Below are positions 40,384-50,955 of a stretch of 64,000 bases of DNA, piece by piece. The translations under genes were made by a program, and so were the position numbers. The stretch is from contig CBDCDZ010000004.1 in the NCBI GenBank assembly GCA_965215565.1, positions 2,720,001-2,784,000 of the forward strand, given 5' to 3'. The notes under the pieces were generated by a model. The model saw nothing but the letters and a program-made list of their open reading frames with translations, ran no database searches and had not been told where the DNA came from. Origin of the DNA: Trueperaceae bacterium. GTDB lineage: Bacteria; Deinococcota; Deinococci; Deinococcales; Trueperaceae. Position 1 is the stretch's first letter. Every line of letters starts with the position of its first letter.

Positions 40384-41191
40384 TGCTCGCTCCAAACAGG
40401 CGGCGGATATACGCCATGAAGCCGCCACTACTCTCTAATGCCGCGTGTGGCACCTCTTCGCCGCGCAACCGCTTAGCGATGCTCCTAAAGGCGTCCCCCG
40501 CCCCGTTCTTGCTCGCTTCGCTCAAGCTAATCGGGCTGCCGATGTTCGTCGAGATGATGATTTTCTCGTCCTCGGGCACGATGCCGATGAGCTTGATGCC
40601 TAAAATCTCTAAAACGTCATCCACTTCCAACATATCGCCGCGCTTGACCATGTCAGGACGCAAGCGGTTGATGATGCACTTGACCTCAGTGATCTCCCTC
40701 GCCTCTAAGAGCCCGATGATGCGGTCCGCGTCGCGCACCGAGGAAACCTCGGGATTCACGACGACCAACGCGCCTTGCGCCGCCGACGCCGCCGTCTGAA
40801 AACCCGACTCGATGCCCGCAGGCGAGTCGATCAGGATACGGTCAAAGCCCTCTTCTTCCAAGAGCTTATTCACAGTCTCTTTCATGTGGTCTTCGGACAA
40901 CGCGCTCTTGTCGCGCGTCTGCGACGCCGCCAAGAGGTACAAATTCTCCACGCGCTTGTCTCTTATGAGCGCCTGCTTGAGCTTACAGTTGCCCTCGAAC
41001 ACGTCGATAAGGTCAAAGACGACGCGCCCTTCAAGTCCCATGACGACATCTAAGTTGCGAAGCCCCACGTCCGTGTCGATAACGACGACTTTTTCCCCTT
41101 GTTGCGCGAGCGCAGCCCCCACGTTGGCGGTGGTGGTGGTCTTGCCGACGCCACCCTTACCCGAGGTTACGACGATTGCTTTGGCGTCCAC
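40376..41191 (-). CDS. minD: Septum site-determining ATPase MinD
   Basis: SGKGGVGKTT, GLRNLD, DSPAGIE and C-terminal amphipathic helix. Confidence 0.96.
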   Translation of the reverse strand: MDAKAIVVTSGKGGVGKTTTTANVGAALAQQGEKVVVIDTDVGLRNLDVVMGLEGRVVFDLIDVFEGNCKLKQALIRDKRVENLYLLAASQTRDKSALSEDHMKETVNKLLEEEGFDRILIDSPAGIESGFQTAASAAQGALVVVNPEVSSVRDADRIIGLLEAREITEVKCIINRLRPDMVKRGDMLEVDDVLEILGIKLIGIVPEDEKIIISTNIGSPISLSEASKNGAGDAFRSIAKRLRGEEVPHAALESSGGFMAYIRRLFGASNV

Positions 41192-41297
41192 TGATGTTCC
41201 TCCTACCTGCTTTTGGCGCGTAATTCCCTACCTGACACACTTTGTCGTGTGGTCAAGATGTTGACGTTAGAATTGTAACAAGCGAGTATATCAAGTA

Positions 41298-41406
41298 CAG
41301 CAAGTAGCATCTGGTTACGAACGCTCTCACGAGTTAGAACATTGACGAGCACACATGATGAGATGCTACTTGCGTTGCTCAATATCCCTCAGCTTCAGGA
41401 TAGCTA
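41298..41406 (+). mobile_element. TAGC-family repeat with compensatory stem changes
   Basis: GCAAGTAGCATCT (41300) / AGATGCTACTTGC (41361) perfect inverted repeat differing from consensus in both arms. Confidence 0.8.
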
Positions 41407-41468
41407 GTCAACGTGTCAGCATTGAAAATGCTTCGGCTTTCAGCCTTAACTTGTGCTGACTAGCTGCT

Positions 41469-43761
41469 CTAAGCCTTGCTCAGATTCGCATACTTCACCA
41501 AGAGCCGCTTGAGTCCCGCACTTTTGAACGATACGGTGATTTCCGCTCTCGCGCCCTCACCCGATACACCGACGACAGTTCCCTCGCCAAACTTGGGATG
41601 CGTGACCTTTTCGCCGCCTCGGTAACTGGTCTCTTCACCTTGATTGGAGGTGCTTTCAACTTTGGGTGGGCTCCAAGTTGGGCGGCTGTATTTGCTAAGC
41701 CTCTTGGCGTCATGCATCTCCTGACCCAACACGTCGATTTCCATCAGCATACTTTTGGGTACGTCCTCCAAAAACCGACTCGGGCGGCTGAACTCGGTGC
41801 GCCCAAAGGTCATGCGCGACTCGCAATTGACCAGGTACAAGGCTTCTTGCGCTCTGGTAATGCCCACGTACAAAAGGCGGCGCTCCTCTTCAATCTCTTG
41901 CAAGCTCCCCGTCGAGTTGCGGTGTGGGATGAGGTTCTCCTCCATGCCGACTAAGAAAACGACGGGGAACTCCAAGCCCTTCGCGTTGTGCAGCGTCATA
42001 AGCGTGACGGCTTCTTCGGGTACATCGCCCTGGTTGACCGCTTTCACCGCGCGGTCGTCCAAACTCGCCATCAGCGAGGCTTCGTCCAAAAACTCGGCAA
42101 TCGAGCCGCCCGCCTCCTCTTGCCACTCGGCAACCGCGTTAATGAGTTCGTCCAGGTTTTCGATGCGCCCTTGCGCCTCGAAGGACTTTTCATCTTTTAG
42201 AGACTGTAAGTAGTTCGACTGGTCGAGCACGGCTTTTAAGAACTGTGCGGCGGGTAAAGTCTCGGCGGCTTCCTTGAGGTCGTCCATCAATTCGACAAAC
42301 TCAGCGATGCGCTTCACAGCGGGCGTACCGCGCAAAATCTCTTCGGCGTTTCGAAGAGCATCGGAGAACCGCTCGCGCCGCCGCGCTGCCCACGCGGTGA
42401 GGTTGTCCTCGCTCGTCTTGCCGATACCGCGTTTAGGACGGTTTAACACGCGCTTCCAGGCGATGTCGTCGGCAGGGTTTAAGGCGGCGCGGGCATAACT
42501 CAAAATATCCTTGACCTCGCGCCGCTCATAGAAGCCCACCCCGCCGACAATTTTAGCGGGGATGCTGGCGCGGCGCAGGGCTTCCTCCAGAACTCGCGAT
42601 TGCGAATTCATCCGGTACAAAATGGCGAAGTCGTTAGGGGTGAAGTCCTTTTCGGCCTGTAAAATCTCAATCTGCCGCGCCACGAAGTCCGCCTCGGCGC
42701 GGTGGTCTACGGCTCTATAGAGCTTGACCTTTTCCCCTTCGCCCTTGACGGGTTTGAGGTCTTTTTCTAAACGCCCTTCGTTGTGCAAGATGATGGCGTT
42801 GGCGAGTTGTAAAACGCTGTTGACGGAGCGGTAGTTGAGTTCTAAGCGGTAGACCTCTGCGTCTTCATAATCGTTACGAAAGTCTAAAATATTGCGAACA
42901 TCCGCGCCACGAAAGGCGTAAATCGACTGGTCGGGGTCCCCGACAGCCATCAAGTTGCGATATTTAGACGCCAACTGCCTCGTAAGCTGATACTGCGCCG
43001 TGTTCGTATCCTGGTACTCGTCCACGTGGATAAAAACCGCGCGTTGCTGCACCTTGTCGAGCACATCAGGGTAGCCCTCGAAAAGCTCCACGGTGCGCCC
43101 TAAGATGTCGTTGAAGTCTACGGCGTTGGCGCGGCGGAGCCTCGAGCCGTACCTTTCAAACCCCTCCACGATGAGTTCTAAAGGCATCCCCGAAATCATC
43201 GCCCCGAAGAAGCGCTCCCCCTCTTGCGCCAAATCTTGCGGCGTCCACAGGTTTGATTTCGCCCTGTCAATCAACGCTCGCAAAACTCGAGGGTTCGCCT
43301 CTCCCAACCCCTGTACCGACTCCAAAATCTCCTTTAAGACCTCCAACTGGTCCGTGTCGTCATAGATGGCAAAGCCCGGCTGGAGGTCAATCAACTCGCC
43401 GTAATGCCGCAAAATCCGCAAGCACGCCGAGTGAAAGGTGCTGACCCAGAGGTCTTTTGCTTTAGGTCCCATGAGGTGCGCCACGCGCTCTTTAAGCTCG
43501 CCCGCCGCCTTGTTGGTAAACGTCACTGCCAAAATTTCTTGTCGGGTAGACCTCTTGCGCCTCCATCAAGTAGGCGATGCGGTGCACGACGGTGCGCGTC
43601 TTGCCCGAGCCCGCGCCCGCGATGACCAGCGCGGGTCCTTGAAAGTGGCGGGCGGCGGCGCGTTGCTCCTCGTTGAGAACGTCTAGGAGGGGGTGCTCAG
43701 TCTCGGCGTGAGTTTCTAATCGGGTTGCTGGCGTAACTGGGTTTGGAGCAGTATCAGACAC
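41469..43761 (-). pseudogene. pcrA: PcrA/UvrD DNA helicase with an apparent +1 frameshift near 43540
   Basis: AGAGSGKT Walker A in ORF 43492-43761; [22 protein letters not shown] and EERRLLYV in ORF 41469-43532; one extra A in CCG ACA AGA AAT TTT G. Confidence 0.8.
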
Positions 43762-43830
43762 TGAGCCATCATAACGTTTGTAAAGAGGTGGGGCGGTTGA
43801 TGGGGGAGAGGTGCGTGTGAGAGGGTGAAA

Positions 43831-44286
43831 CTAGGGCTCGAGCCCCTCTTCTCTCGAATGAGCCCGCCGCAGTAGAAAGAAATAGACCGCACCTATGTAG
43901 GCTACGAGGACGCTTATGGCCTGTGACTGTTCATCTAATGAAGCCCACCGAACCCTCAAGAGGTCATAACTGAAAATTAGGAAATATAAGCTCATGATGA
44001 TGACGAACTTCGCAAAATATCTTTGCCACCTCAAAGACGATAGGCGTTGTTCAACGTTGCTGTTTTCCTCATCCGTTGCTAAGTAGCCGGCGAGACCAGC
44101 AAAGAACATCGAACAGATTAGAAAGAACGAATGATTCTCGCGTACAAACGCAATATCGACACGTGGACCGCCAGCGAGGTAAACGGCGAATCCTACGAAA
44201 GCGGCTGCGTAAAACCACCTAGAACCTGCCTCCGTGAGTAAAAGGATAGTGGCGATAACGCAAATGGAGCTAGCAAGCAGAAGCAT
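43831..44286 (-). CDS. Hypothetical membrane protein (AT-richer)
   Basis: Several hydrophobic segments. Confidence 0.5.
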   Translation of the reverse strand: MLLLASSICVIATILLLTEAGSRWFYAAAFVGFAVYLAGGPRVDIAFVRENHSFFLICSMFFAGLAGYLATDEENSNVEQRLSSLRWQRYFAKFVIIMSLYFLIFSYDLLRVRWASLDEQSQAISVLVAYIGAVYFFLLRRAHSREEGLEP

Positions 44287-44364
44287 TACATAAAAAAGTT
44301 TAGCAAGAGGTTTACTTTACCTCGGTGACAGTTTCTGCCTCACAGAGATACTGTAAAATACCCC

Positions 44365-44904
44365 ATGACCCAAGCGGTGCGCTTCACCTACGAAGACTTG
44401 CAGCATTTCCCTGAGGACAACAAGCGGCGGGAGTTAATTGATGGAGAGGTCTACGTGACGCCAGCCCCTAATATTCGACATCAGCGCGTCGTTGGCAATC
44501 TTTATCGCTTAGTTGGCAACTTCTTAGAGGAGAACCCATTGGGTGAAGTTTTTGTTTCACCTGCGGACGTTATATTTTCTGAGGAAGACGACGATGTCAC
44601 CGAACCCGATATTATCTATCTCTCTAAAGAGAAAGCGGATAAGGTTAGTCAGCGGAGCATCGAAGGCGCACCCGACTGGCTCATCGAAGTGACCTCACCC
44701 TCCACGCGCAAGCGTGATTTCACATTAAAACTCAAGCTTTATCAGAAGTACGGCGTGCGCCTCTACTGGATTATCGACTTAGACGCGGAGATGATTCACG
44801 TGTGGGACGAGGGAGAGCATGAGGTCTATGAGGCGGACGATGTGGTTCAAGGCAAGATGTTGCCGGGCCTCGAGCTAAACGTCTCCACCCTCCTCATGCT
44901 CTAA
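44365..44904 (+). CDS. Uma2 family endonuclease-fold protein
   Basis: ELIDG..P...HQ, EPDI, GAPDWLIEVTSPST and KLYQKYGV..YWIID. Confidence 0.9.
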   Translation: MTQAVRFTYEDLQHFPEDNKRRELIDGEVYVTPAPNIRHQRVVGNLYRLVGNFLEENPLGEVFVSPADVIFSEEDDDVTEPDIIYLSKEKADKVSQRSIEGAPDWLIEVTSPSTRKRDFTLKLKLYQKYGVRLYWIIDLDAEMIHVWDEGEHEVYEADDVVQGKMLPGLELNVSTLLML

Positions 44905-44915
44905 GTGACCTCTTT

Positions 44916-45572
44916 GTGATTCGCACTGTTTGCTTCGACTTTGACGGAACTTTGGCGCATTTTACTGGAAATTTCGATGACCTCTTGAACAAAAGCTACA
45001 CCAAACTAGGTTTAGACCCTCGAAAACGCGACATTGTGCTAACTGAGTACGCCAAGCAGCTTCGCAGAGACGGCGCGGTGACCTCTTTAAGTGCACTTGA
45101 GGCAACACTCGAGCGCTTAGATTTACATTCTAGCGCTGATTTGAAAGCTGTTCATACGGAATTTGTTCAGGCTTACCGTGAGCAAATGGAACTTTTGCCG
45201 AGAGCGAAAGAGGTGTTGGAATTCTGTTCAGAGCGCGTTCCTTGTGCGCTCATTACCAACGGCCCTGAAAACATGCAACGCGCTGCGACCCAAGAGGTCG
45301 GGGTTGCCGATTACTTCCAGACCATCCTCATTTCAGGAGCGCAAGAGGTCGCGGTGCGCAAACCTAGTGCGCGGATTTTCAGACTGGCGTGCGAGCGTTT
45401 GGAGGTTTCGCCAGAAGAGGTGTTGATGGTGGGGGACGATCTCAAGGCGGACGTGCGGGGTGCGCTCAATGTCGGCATGAAAGCGGTTTATGTCGGGTCG
45501 GAAGAGGTGAAGGGCCCCCAACACGCCGCTGACCTCTTCACACTCAAAGACTACTTGCGCGACCTCTTATAA
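44916..45572 (+). CDS. HAD family hydrolase
   Basis: FDFDGTL, ITNG, KP and MVGDD..ADV.GA. Confidence 0.9.
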   Translation: MIRTVCFDFDGTLAHFTGNFDDLLNKSYTKLGLDPRKRDIVLTEYAKQLRRDGAVTSLSALEATLERLDLHSSADLKAVHTEFVQAYREQMELLPRAKEVLEFCSERVPCALITNGPENMQRAATQEVGVADYFQTILISGAQEVAVRKPSARIFRLACERLEVSPEEVLMVGDDLKADVRGALNVGMKAVYVGSEEVKGPQHAADLFTLKDYLRDLL

Positions 45573-45614
45573 AAAAGCCTCAGCGTGCTGCTGAGGCGGT
45601 GAATCACTCGTCGT

Positions 45615-45761
45615 TTAGTGCTCGCCCTCTTGTTCGCTCATGTCCTGCGTGCCGTCTTCGCCCGGCTCGCCTTGAATGCGGTCGTAGGGGTCGTCACAAG
45701 CGATGAGTGTGAGGCTCGAGAGGATGAGTAATAAGGAGAGGATACGTTTGATTCGTTTCAT
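45615..45761 (-). CDS. 48-aa acidic micro-lipoprotein (not in ORF track)
   Basis: MKRIKRILSLLLILSSLTLIAC-DDPYDRIQGEPGEDGTQDMSEQEGEH; TAGAAT 6 nt before ATG; terminator-like hairpin at 45571-45598. Confidence 0.75.
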   Translation of the reverse strand: MKRIKRILSLLLILSSLTLIACDDPYDRIQGEPGEDGTQDMSEQEGEH

Positions 45762-45820
45762 GGGGTTATTCTAACGCGAAAAGCGCAGCCGCGAAGCTGC
45801 GCTCACTCTGCGTGTAAAGC

Positions 45821-45961
45821 TCAGAGAAGGTTGAAAACAGCGGGTACGGCGGCGTAGCTCTGCGACGCAGGTACGTTGCCTTCGTCCTCGTCTTCGCCGC
45901 CCTCACACGCTGCCAAACCTAAAACCAAAATGAGTAAAAGTGGAAATAAAACTTTTTTCAT
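45821..45961 (-). CDS. 46-aa micro-lipoprotein (not in ORF track)
   Basis: MKKVLFPLLLILVLGLAAC-EGGEDEDEGNVPASQSYAAVPAVFNLL; AGGGG SD; hairpin at 45779-45803. Confidence 0.72.
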   Translation of the reverse strand: MKKVLFPLLLILVLGLAACEGGEDEDEGNVPASQSYAAVPAVFNLL

Positions 45962-46084
45962 ATCCGCCCCTTTCGACTCTTAGTGTAGAGGTAAGGTAGA
46001 TGAGCCTAATGAATACTTTCTTACAATCCGCGCCCGGAAAAGCGTAGAGGTTACGGCAGGCGAAACTAGGGGTAAACTAACCTC

Positions 46085-46504
46085 ATGACTGACCAGCAGA
46101 CCGATAAGAAAACCGAGCGTGACAAGGCGTTTTACGCCGCGTGGCAAGAGGTGCTGACGTGGATGCGCGAGTACGCCGAGTCGCGTGAGGAAGCCATCTT
46201 CGAAAAAGAGGCGGACTTCCCCGACTACATCTACCGCATGGAGCGCCCTTACGACTTGCCCACCACGACCATGAGCGCGAGCTTGTCGCGCCCCGACGGG
46301 CATCCCGTTTTGATGGTGAACGCGAGTCCGCGTCATACCGTGTTCAAAGAGGTCGTGGTGCATCCTTTCGAGTCGCACACGTACCGCAAGCTCTCCTATC
46401 TGCCGAGCAAAAAGGCGCTGGCTGAGGGGAAGCGTCCTTTTGACAAGGCGCGACTTTTCGACCTGGCGGATTCGCTCTTCGAGGTGGAAGCCGACGCGGA
46501 GTGA
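46085..46504 (+). CDS. nqo15: NADH-quinone oxidoreductase subunit 15 (frataxin-like, Deinococcota-specific)
   Basis: WMREYA...FEKEADFPDYIYRMERPYDLPTT matches Thermus Nqo15 as I recall it. Confidence 0.88.
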   Translation: MTDQQTDKKTERDKAFYAAWQEVLTWMREYAESREEAIFEKEADFPDYIYRMERPYDLPTTTMSASLSRPDGHPVLMVNASPRHTVFKEVVVHPFESHTYRKLSYLPSKKALAEGKRPFDKARLFDLADSLFEVEADAE

Positions 46505-46689
46505 GCGAGGCTTCGCAAGCCAAGCTCCTCAAAGCGGCGCAGGGTGGGCGCTGCGGCGCGTGCACCTATGCCAAGCTCATCCAAAGCAGTAGGGCGAGCC
46601 TCTTTTTGCTGTGCACGCACCCTGACTTGCCCAAATATCCGAATGTGCCGGTTTTGCAGTGTGCGGGATTTGTAAAAGCTACACGTTAA
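46501..46689 (+). CDS. Small four-cysteine protein
   Basis: GTGA overlap with nqo15; CGAC...C...KYP..PVLQC. Confidence 0.65.
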   Translation: MSEASQAKLLKAAQGGRCGACTYAKLIQSSRASLFLLCTHPDLPKYPNVPVLQCAGFVKATR

Positions 46690-46772
46690 GACGCGCCTTT
46701 GACGTATACCCTTAGGGTCCGCGTTATGCAATTTTCCATAAACTCACGCGCCGCCGTGTCATATCTTCGGGC

Positions 46773-48098
46773 ATGAGGTGGAGAGTGCAAAGCTCAATCG
46801 CGGGCGTATTTCTAACGGCTCTACTGGCGAGTGCGCTACTCGCCAGTTGCGGCGGCGCTGGAAATTCTGATCAACCGGGTGGGCAACCTGAGCCCGGTAC
46901 TACGGACCTCACGGTTGGGGCGAGCGGGGCGGCGTGGGCGGCATATAGGGATGGGGACGGCGCGTGGCAAGTCTTAGAGGGTGAGGCGCGCTACGTGTTG
47001 GCGCTGGAGCACCCCGCAGGACGCTACAGCGTCGCGCACGTCTGCGCTTCTGAATTGGATGCGGGTGAAGAGGTAGAGGCTGCGCGTGAGGTCACGGTGT
47101 CGCTCCTCTACGCGACGTTAGCCGCGCGCCCTGAGGTTGCGACGCCTTGCGCTGACGAGACCGAGAGCGACTTCTACACGCTTTCAGGAACAGTGAACGG
47201 GCTCGAGGCGGGCGAAACGGGTCTTGTGTACGGTCAGTTTTTGGCGGACGCGGTCACAGCGGACGCGCGCGAGTACAGCTTAGCGGGCTTTACGGCGGGC
47301 GAGTATGACCTCTTGGTCACGGTGCAAACCACGGTGCAAGATACGCCCGACGCCCCCGCGTCGGTCCTAACGCCGCCGAACGAAGTGCTCGTTCGGCAGG
47401 GCATCGCGGTACAGGGCGACGAAACCCTGAATTTAGACCTCGGTCAAGCCGCCCCGACGACGCTCAAGAACGTGCGCGTCGAGGGCGCTCCCCCGGACGG
47501 CGAGGTCAGCTCGAGCCTCTCGCTGACCACCGAGCGCGGCACGAGCGCTCAGCTAGGGGGGTTCGCCGCGTCGGGCGCGGAGGCGGCTTCGTTCGACTAC
47601 GCCGCGCTGCCCACCTTGCCCGAGGGGACGGCTTACCGCGTGTCGGTGGAGAGCTTCTCTGAAGATGAGCGGGGCGAGCGGCTCGCAACCTCTTTCCAGC
47701 GCACCTTCACCGCGCCCGAAGACCTCACGCTGAGCGTGCCAGATACGTTAGGGGCGGCGGCGCTAAGCTCAGACGAAGGGCGTCCGACCTTGACCTGGAG
47801 CGCCTACCGAGAGGGTGCAGACTACCACGCCATATTTGAGGATTCGAACGACGACGCAGGCGAGACGCGCTACCTCGTCGCTCTAGACGCGGCGTGGTTG
47901 CCTTCAAGCGCGAGCGAGTTGAGCTACACCGTGCCCGACTTTCGCGAGTTGCCTGGCTGGAACAACGCCTGGACGCTCGGCTCAGACCTCTTCTGGACGC
48001 TGGAGGCTCGCACCGAAAGTGAGCGCGAAGAGGTGGTGGTGAGCCGCTCGAGCGCGGTCTCCGCTGCAACCTCTGAGCCCAGTACAACCGGGCCCTGA
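46773..48098 (+). CDS. Lipoprotein of unknown function (beta-rich)
   Basis: LASC lipobox; WAAYRDGDGAWQ. Confidence 0.7.
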   Translation: MRWRVQSSIAGVFLTALLASALLASCGGAGNSDQPGGQPEPGTTDLTVGASGAAWAAYRDGDGAWQVLEGEARYVLALEHPAGRYSVAHVCASELDAGEEVEAAREVTVSLLYATLAARPEVATPCADETESDFYTLSGTVNGLEAGETGLVYGQFLADAVTADAREYSLAGFTAGEYDLLVTVQTTVQDTPDAPASVLTPPNEVLVRQGIAVQGDETLNLDLGQAAPTTLKNVRVEGAPPDGEVSSSLSLTTERGTSAQLGGFAASGAEAASFDYAALPTLPEGTAYRVSVESFSEDERGERLATSFQRTFTAPEDLTLSVPDTLGAAALSSDEGRPTLTWSAYREGADYHAIFEDSNDDAGETRYLVALDAAWLPSSASELSYTVPDFRELPGWNNAWTLGSDLFWTLEARTESEREEVVVSRSSAVSAATSEPSTTGP

Positions 48099-48122
48099 CC
48101 CCGCTGCGGCGCGTAAGATGAA

Positions 48123-48297
48123 TAGCAGCGCAACGTGCTGAGATGCAATGTCGCAGGTCTCATCCTGCAATGTGAGAGCTAGTCGGTACTTTATCGGGTG
48201 AGAGCGTTTATGACCACCGCTGCTACGCAGAGACTTCGTGAACCGAACGCAGTGAGACAGACTTTGATTGAGCGAAGCTATACGAAGTAACCTGCTA
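48123..48297 (-). mobile_element. TAGC-ended repeat with inserts
   Basis: TAGC...GCTA ends; shares GTGAGACAGACTTTGAT module with copies at 284 and 9703. Confidence 0.75.
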
Positions 48298-48307
48298 AGA
48301 TAGCGCT

Positions 48308-48910
48308 ATGGACAAACTGAGCTGGTTAAGCGTACCCGAACGAGACGCCTTGCCCGAGGACGTGCAGTCGCTCTTCGGCAAAGCGGAGGAGAAGATGGGG
48401 CTCATCCCCAACGTCTTCAAGGTCTTCGCGCTCACGCCGCAACACTTCATGAAGTGGTTTAAGTACTACGACTTTTTGATGAGGAGCGAGGAGAGCGAAC
48501 TCTCGAGGGCTGAACGCGAGATGATCGCCCTAACCGTGTCCGCCGAGAACCGCTGCGAATACTGCTTAGGCTCGCACAGCGCCTACTTGCGTGAACTCGC
48601 AGACGACCACATCAAAGCCGACGTGATAACCCACAACTACCGCCGCGCTGAGCTTTCAGAGCGCGAACGCGCCCTTTTAGACTTCGCCGTTAAACTCACC
48701 AACAACTCCTTCGAGATGTCACCTGATGACCTCGCCCCGCTTCGTGAGATAGGTCTGTCGGACGAGACCATCTTCGAGGCGGCGCAGGTGGCGGCGATGT
48801 TCAACTTCACCAACCGCCTCGCCAACGCGCTCGGCTGGAAACCCAATGACGAATACTACAGCCAACACCGTCAAGTTGAGCCTCTTAAAGAACCCGTCAG
48901 TACCGACTAA
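48308..48910 (+). CDS. AhpD/CMD-family peroxidase-related enzyme
   Basis: REMIALTVSAENRCEYCLGSH and MFNFTNRLANALG. Confidence 0.88.
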   Translation: MDKLSWLSVPERDALPEDVQSLFGKAEEKMGLIPNVFKVFALTPQHFMKWFKYYDFLMRSEESELSRAEREMIALTVSAENRCEYCLGSHSAYLRELADDHIKADVITHNYRRAELSERERALLDFAVKLTNNSFEMSPDDLAPLREIGLSDETIFEAAQVAAMFNFTNRLANALGWKPNDEYYSQHRQVEPLKEPVSTD

Positions 48911-49968
48911 GCGACCTGGCGCGTCAGTCGTTCGGCTAAGCCTTCTGCGAGGTGCGCCGCGCATAAGAAACCGCGCCCCGCTAACGCGCCAAAAAACCAT
49001 ACGCCGCGACGCACCTCTTTGACCACGGGCAGGTTATCCGCCGTCTTCGCGCGGACGCCCGTCCACACGGAGCTAAGCTCCGCCTCTTTAAGCGCAGGAA
49101 CAAACCAACTTCCGGCTCGCTGAAGCTGCGCGGGCGCGGTCTCGTCCGTTTGCTCGGCGGCGCGGTGATTGCCGCCGAGGTAGACCTCGCTGCCGACTCG
49201 CGCGCCGTAAATTGCGCCCGCCAAGGCGTGCGGCAACTCGGCGTTCGTCTCTAAGCGGATGACCTCGCCTGCGACGTGCTCGAGCCTTCCCACTCCCAAA
49301 GTGTGTTCGACCTCCGAGTTCGCGCCGACGCAGTAGATGACGGTTCTGGCGCTAAAGGTTTCGCTCGAGGTTTTGACCTTTTGAATAAGACTGCCCTGAA
49401 AAAACCTGTCCTGACAAAAATTGTCTTGACGCACCTCTTGAACGTCGCAGTGTTCAATGACATTCGCGCCCTTATACTTGGCTGCTGCGATTAGGGAAGA
49501 GAGGAATTTGTGAGGCTCTAACCAGCCTCCTTGTTCTACTAAAAACCCACCAAACGGTGCGTGATAGCCCTTTGGCACCTCTTCACTCTCCAACCACCTC
49601 ACGCCCTCACGCTTACTCCAGGTCTTCGCTTGCTTGTTATTCGACGCGATTCGCAATACGCCGTTTTGGTGAATACCGTGCTCTAAACCCACCGCTTCAA
49701 GCTCTCGGGCGAGCCGCCCCATCGCCGCCAAACCCGCTAAATCGAGGTCATTCGCGCGCGCGCTCCGCCCCCGGTATGGATTTAAGAGCGCCACCGGCAC
49801 CGACGACGCGCCCGCCAGACCGATTTCATCTCTTTCGGCGAGCATCACGCTTGCGCCGCGCTTGCTGAGCGCGTAGGTAAGCGCGCAGCCCGCCACACCC
49901 CCGCCGATGATGAGATAATCAGTGGTGTCGGGCGAAGCGGGATATTTGTCCGTTTTCAGAGCAGGCAC
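48907..49968 (-). CDS. FAD-dependent oxidoreductase (DAO family, MnmC oxidase-domain-like)
   Basis: IIGGGVAG, GASS, WTGVRA..DNLP and GALAGRG. Confidence 0.8.
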   Translation of the reverse strand: MPALKTDKYPASPDTTDYLIIGGGVAGCALTYALSKRGASVMLAERDEIGLAGASSVPVALLNPYRGRSARANDLDLAGLAAMGRLARELEAVGLEHGIHQNGVLRIASNNKQAKTWSKREGVRWLESEEVPKGYHAPFGGFLVEQGGWLEPHKFLSSLIAAAKYKGANVIEHCDVQEVRQDNFCQDRFFQGSLIQKVKTSSETFSARTVIYCVGANSEVEHTLGVGRLEHVAGEVIRLETNAELPHALAGAIYGARVGSEVYLGGNHRAAEQTDETAPAQLQRAGSWFVPALKEAELSSVWTGVRAKTADNLPVVKEVRRGVWFFGALAGRGFLCAAHLAEGLAERLTRQVA

Positions 49969-49993
49969 GAAACCAGTATAAATTTATTAGGAG

Positions 49994-50461
49994 ATGTCTA
50001 TGTACCCTTTACTTTTATGGCTTCACAGCGTCACGCGCTGGATCGTGCTGTTGGGCGGCGTGGCGGCGCTCGGTACTGCGTATTCAGGGCTTTTCAGCAA
50101 GCGTGCCTACAGCGGCGTAGACAAGGCGACGGGCGTCTTTTTCACGGCGTCGTTCGGGTTGCAAGTGGTGCTTGGGCTCATCCTCTACTTCATCAGCCCC
50201 TGGGGGCTACAAGCGCTCTTTGCGCTCGATACGGCGGGCGACAACCGCGCCCTACTCATCTTTTTCGGCGTCTACCACATCACCATGATGCTCATCGCGC
50301 TCGTGGTGGCGCAGCTCGGGTACTCCCGCGCCAAACGCGCCGCGACAGACCGCTTAGCCTTTCGCAACGCGGCGATAGGCTACACGGTGGGTTTGCTGCT
50401 CGTCTTTTTGGCGATTCCTTGGGGTATTCGCGAGTTGTGGCCGACGGTGCAGCCTTTTTAA
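49994..50461 (+). CDS. Four-TM membrane protein
   Basis: AGGAG SD; HS..RW, H...M and IPW motifs. Confidence 0.7.
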   Translation: MSMYPLLLWLHSVTRWIVLLGGVAALGTAYSGLFSKRAYSGVDKATGVFFTASFGLQVVLGLILYFISPWGLQALFALDTAGDNRALLIFFGVYHITMMLIALVVAQLGYSRAKRAATDRLAFRNAAIGYTVGLLLVFLAIPWGIRELWPTVQPF

Positions 50462-50583
50462 TTCTTTCGAACCTCTCGAGTGCTCACCCTGCGGTGCTAT
50501 CAACCCTCTGTGAAGAGGCGAGGCAGCTTTACGGTATAATTCTTTTCTGTCAACAAACTGTCAATATAGTGTAAACTTGTGTT

Positions 50584-50955
50584 ATGAGCGACACTGCGAC
50601 CAATTTGATGTTCGGTGTGCCAACCATTCACGACGAGACGGGTGACATCCAAGTTGCTGAATTAGCGAGCCTGTTCGAGGTCAGTCAAGCGCAGCTTGCC
50701 CGCATGTCGGGTCTAAGCCGGCAACTCCTCCACCAATCTCCACGCTCGGTCAAGGTGCAGCGTGCACTAAGGCGTTTAGAATATCTCTTCGCAAGAACCC
50801 GCAACCTCACCGGCTCGCCCGTCAACGCCCGCATCTGGCTCAAAATGGGGCATCCTGACCTAGAGGGGGTCGCGCCCATTGAACTGTTAGAAGAGGGGCA
50901 TACCGGCGCGATCGAGGACTTTCTTCTCGCCACCGAGATGGGCTTGCCTCGTTGA
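50584..50955 (+). CDS. Xre/MbcA/ParS-type antitoxin
   Basis: HTH (SQAQLARMSGLS) plus ARIWL..HPDLEG.APIELL C-terminal domain. Confidence 0.85.
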   Translation: MSDTATNLMFGVPTIHDETGDIQVAELASLFEVSQAQLARMSGLSRQLLHQSPRSVKVQRALRRLEYLFARTRNLTGSPVNARIWLKMGHPDLEGVAPIELLEEGHTGAIEDFLLATEMGLPR

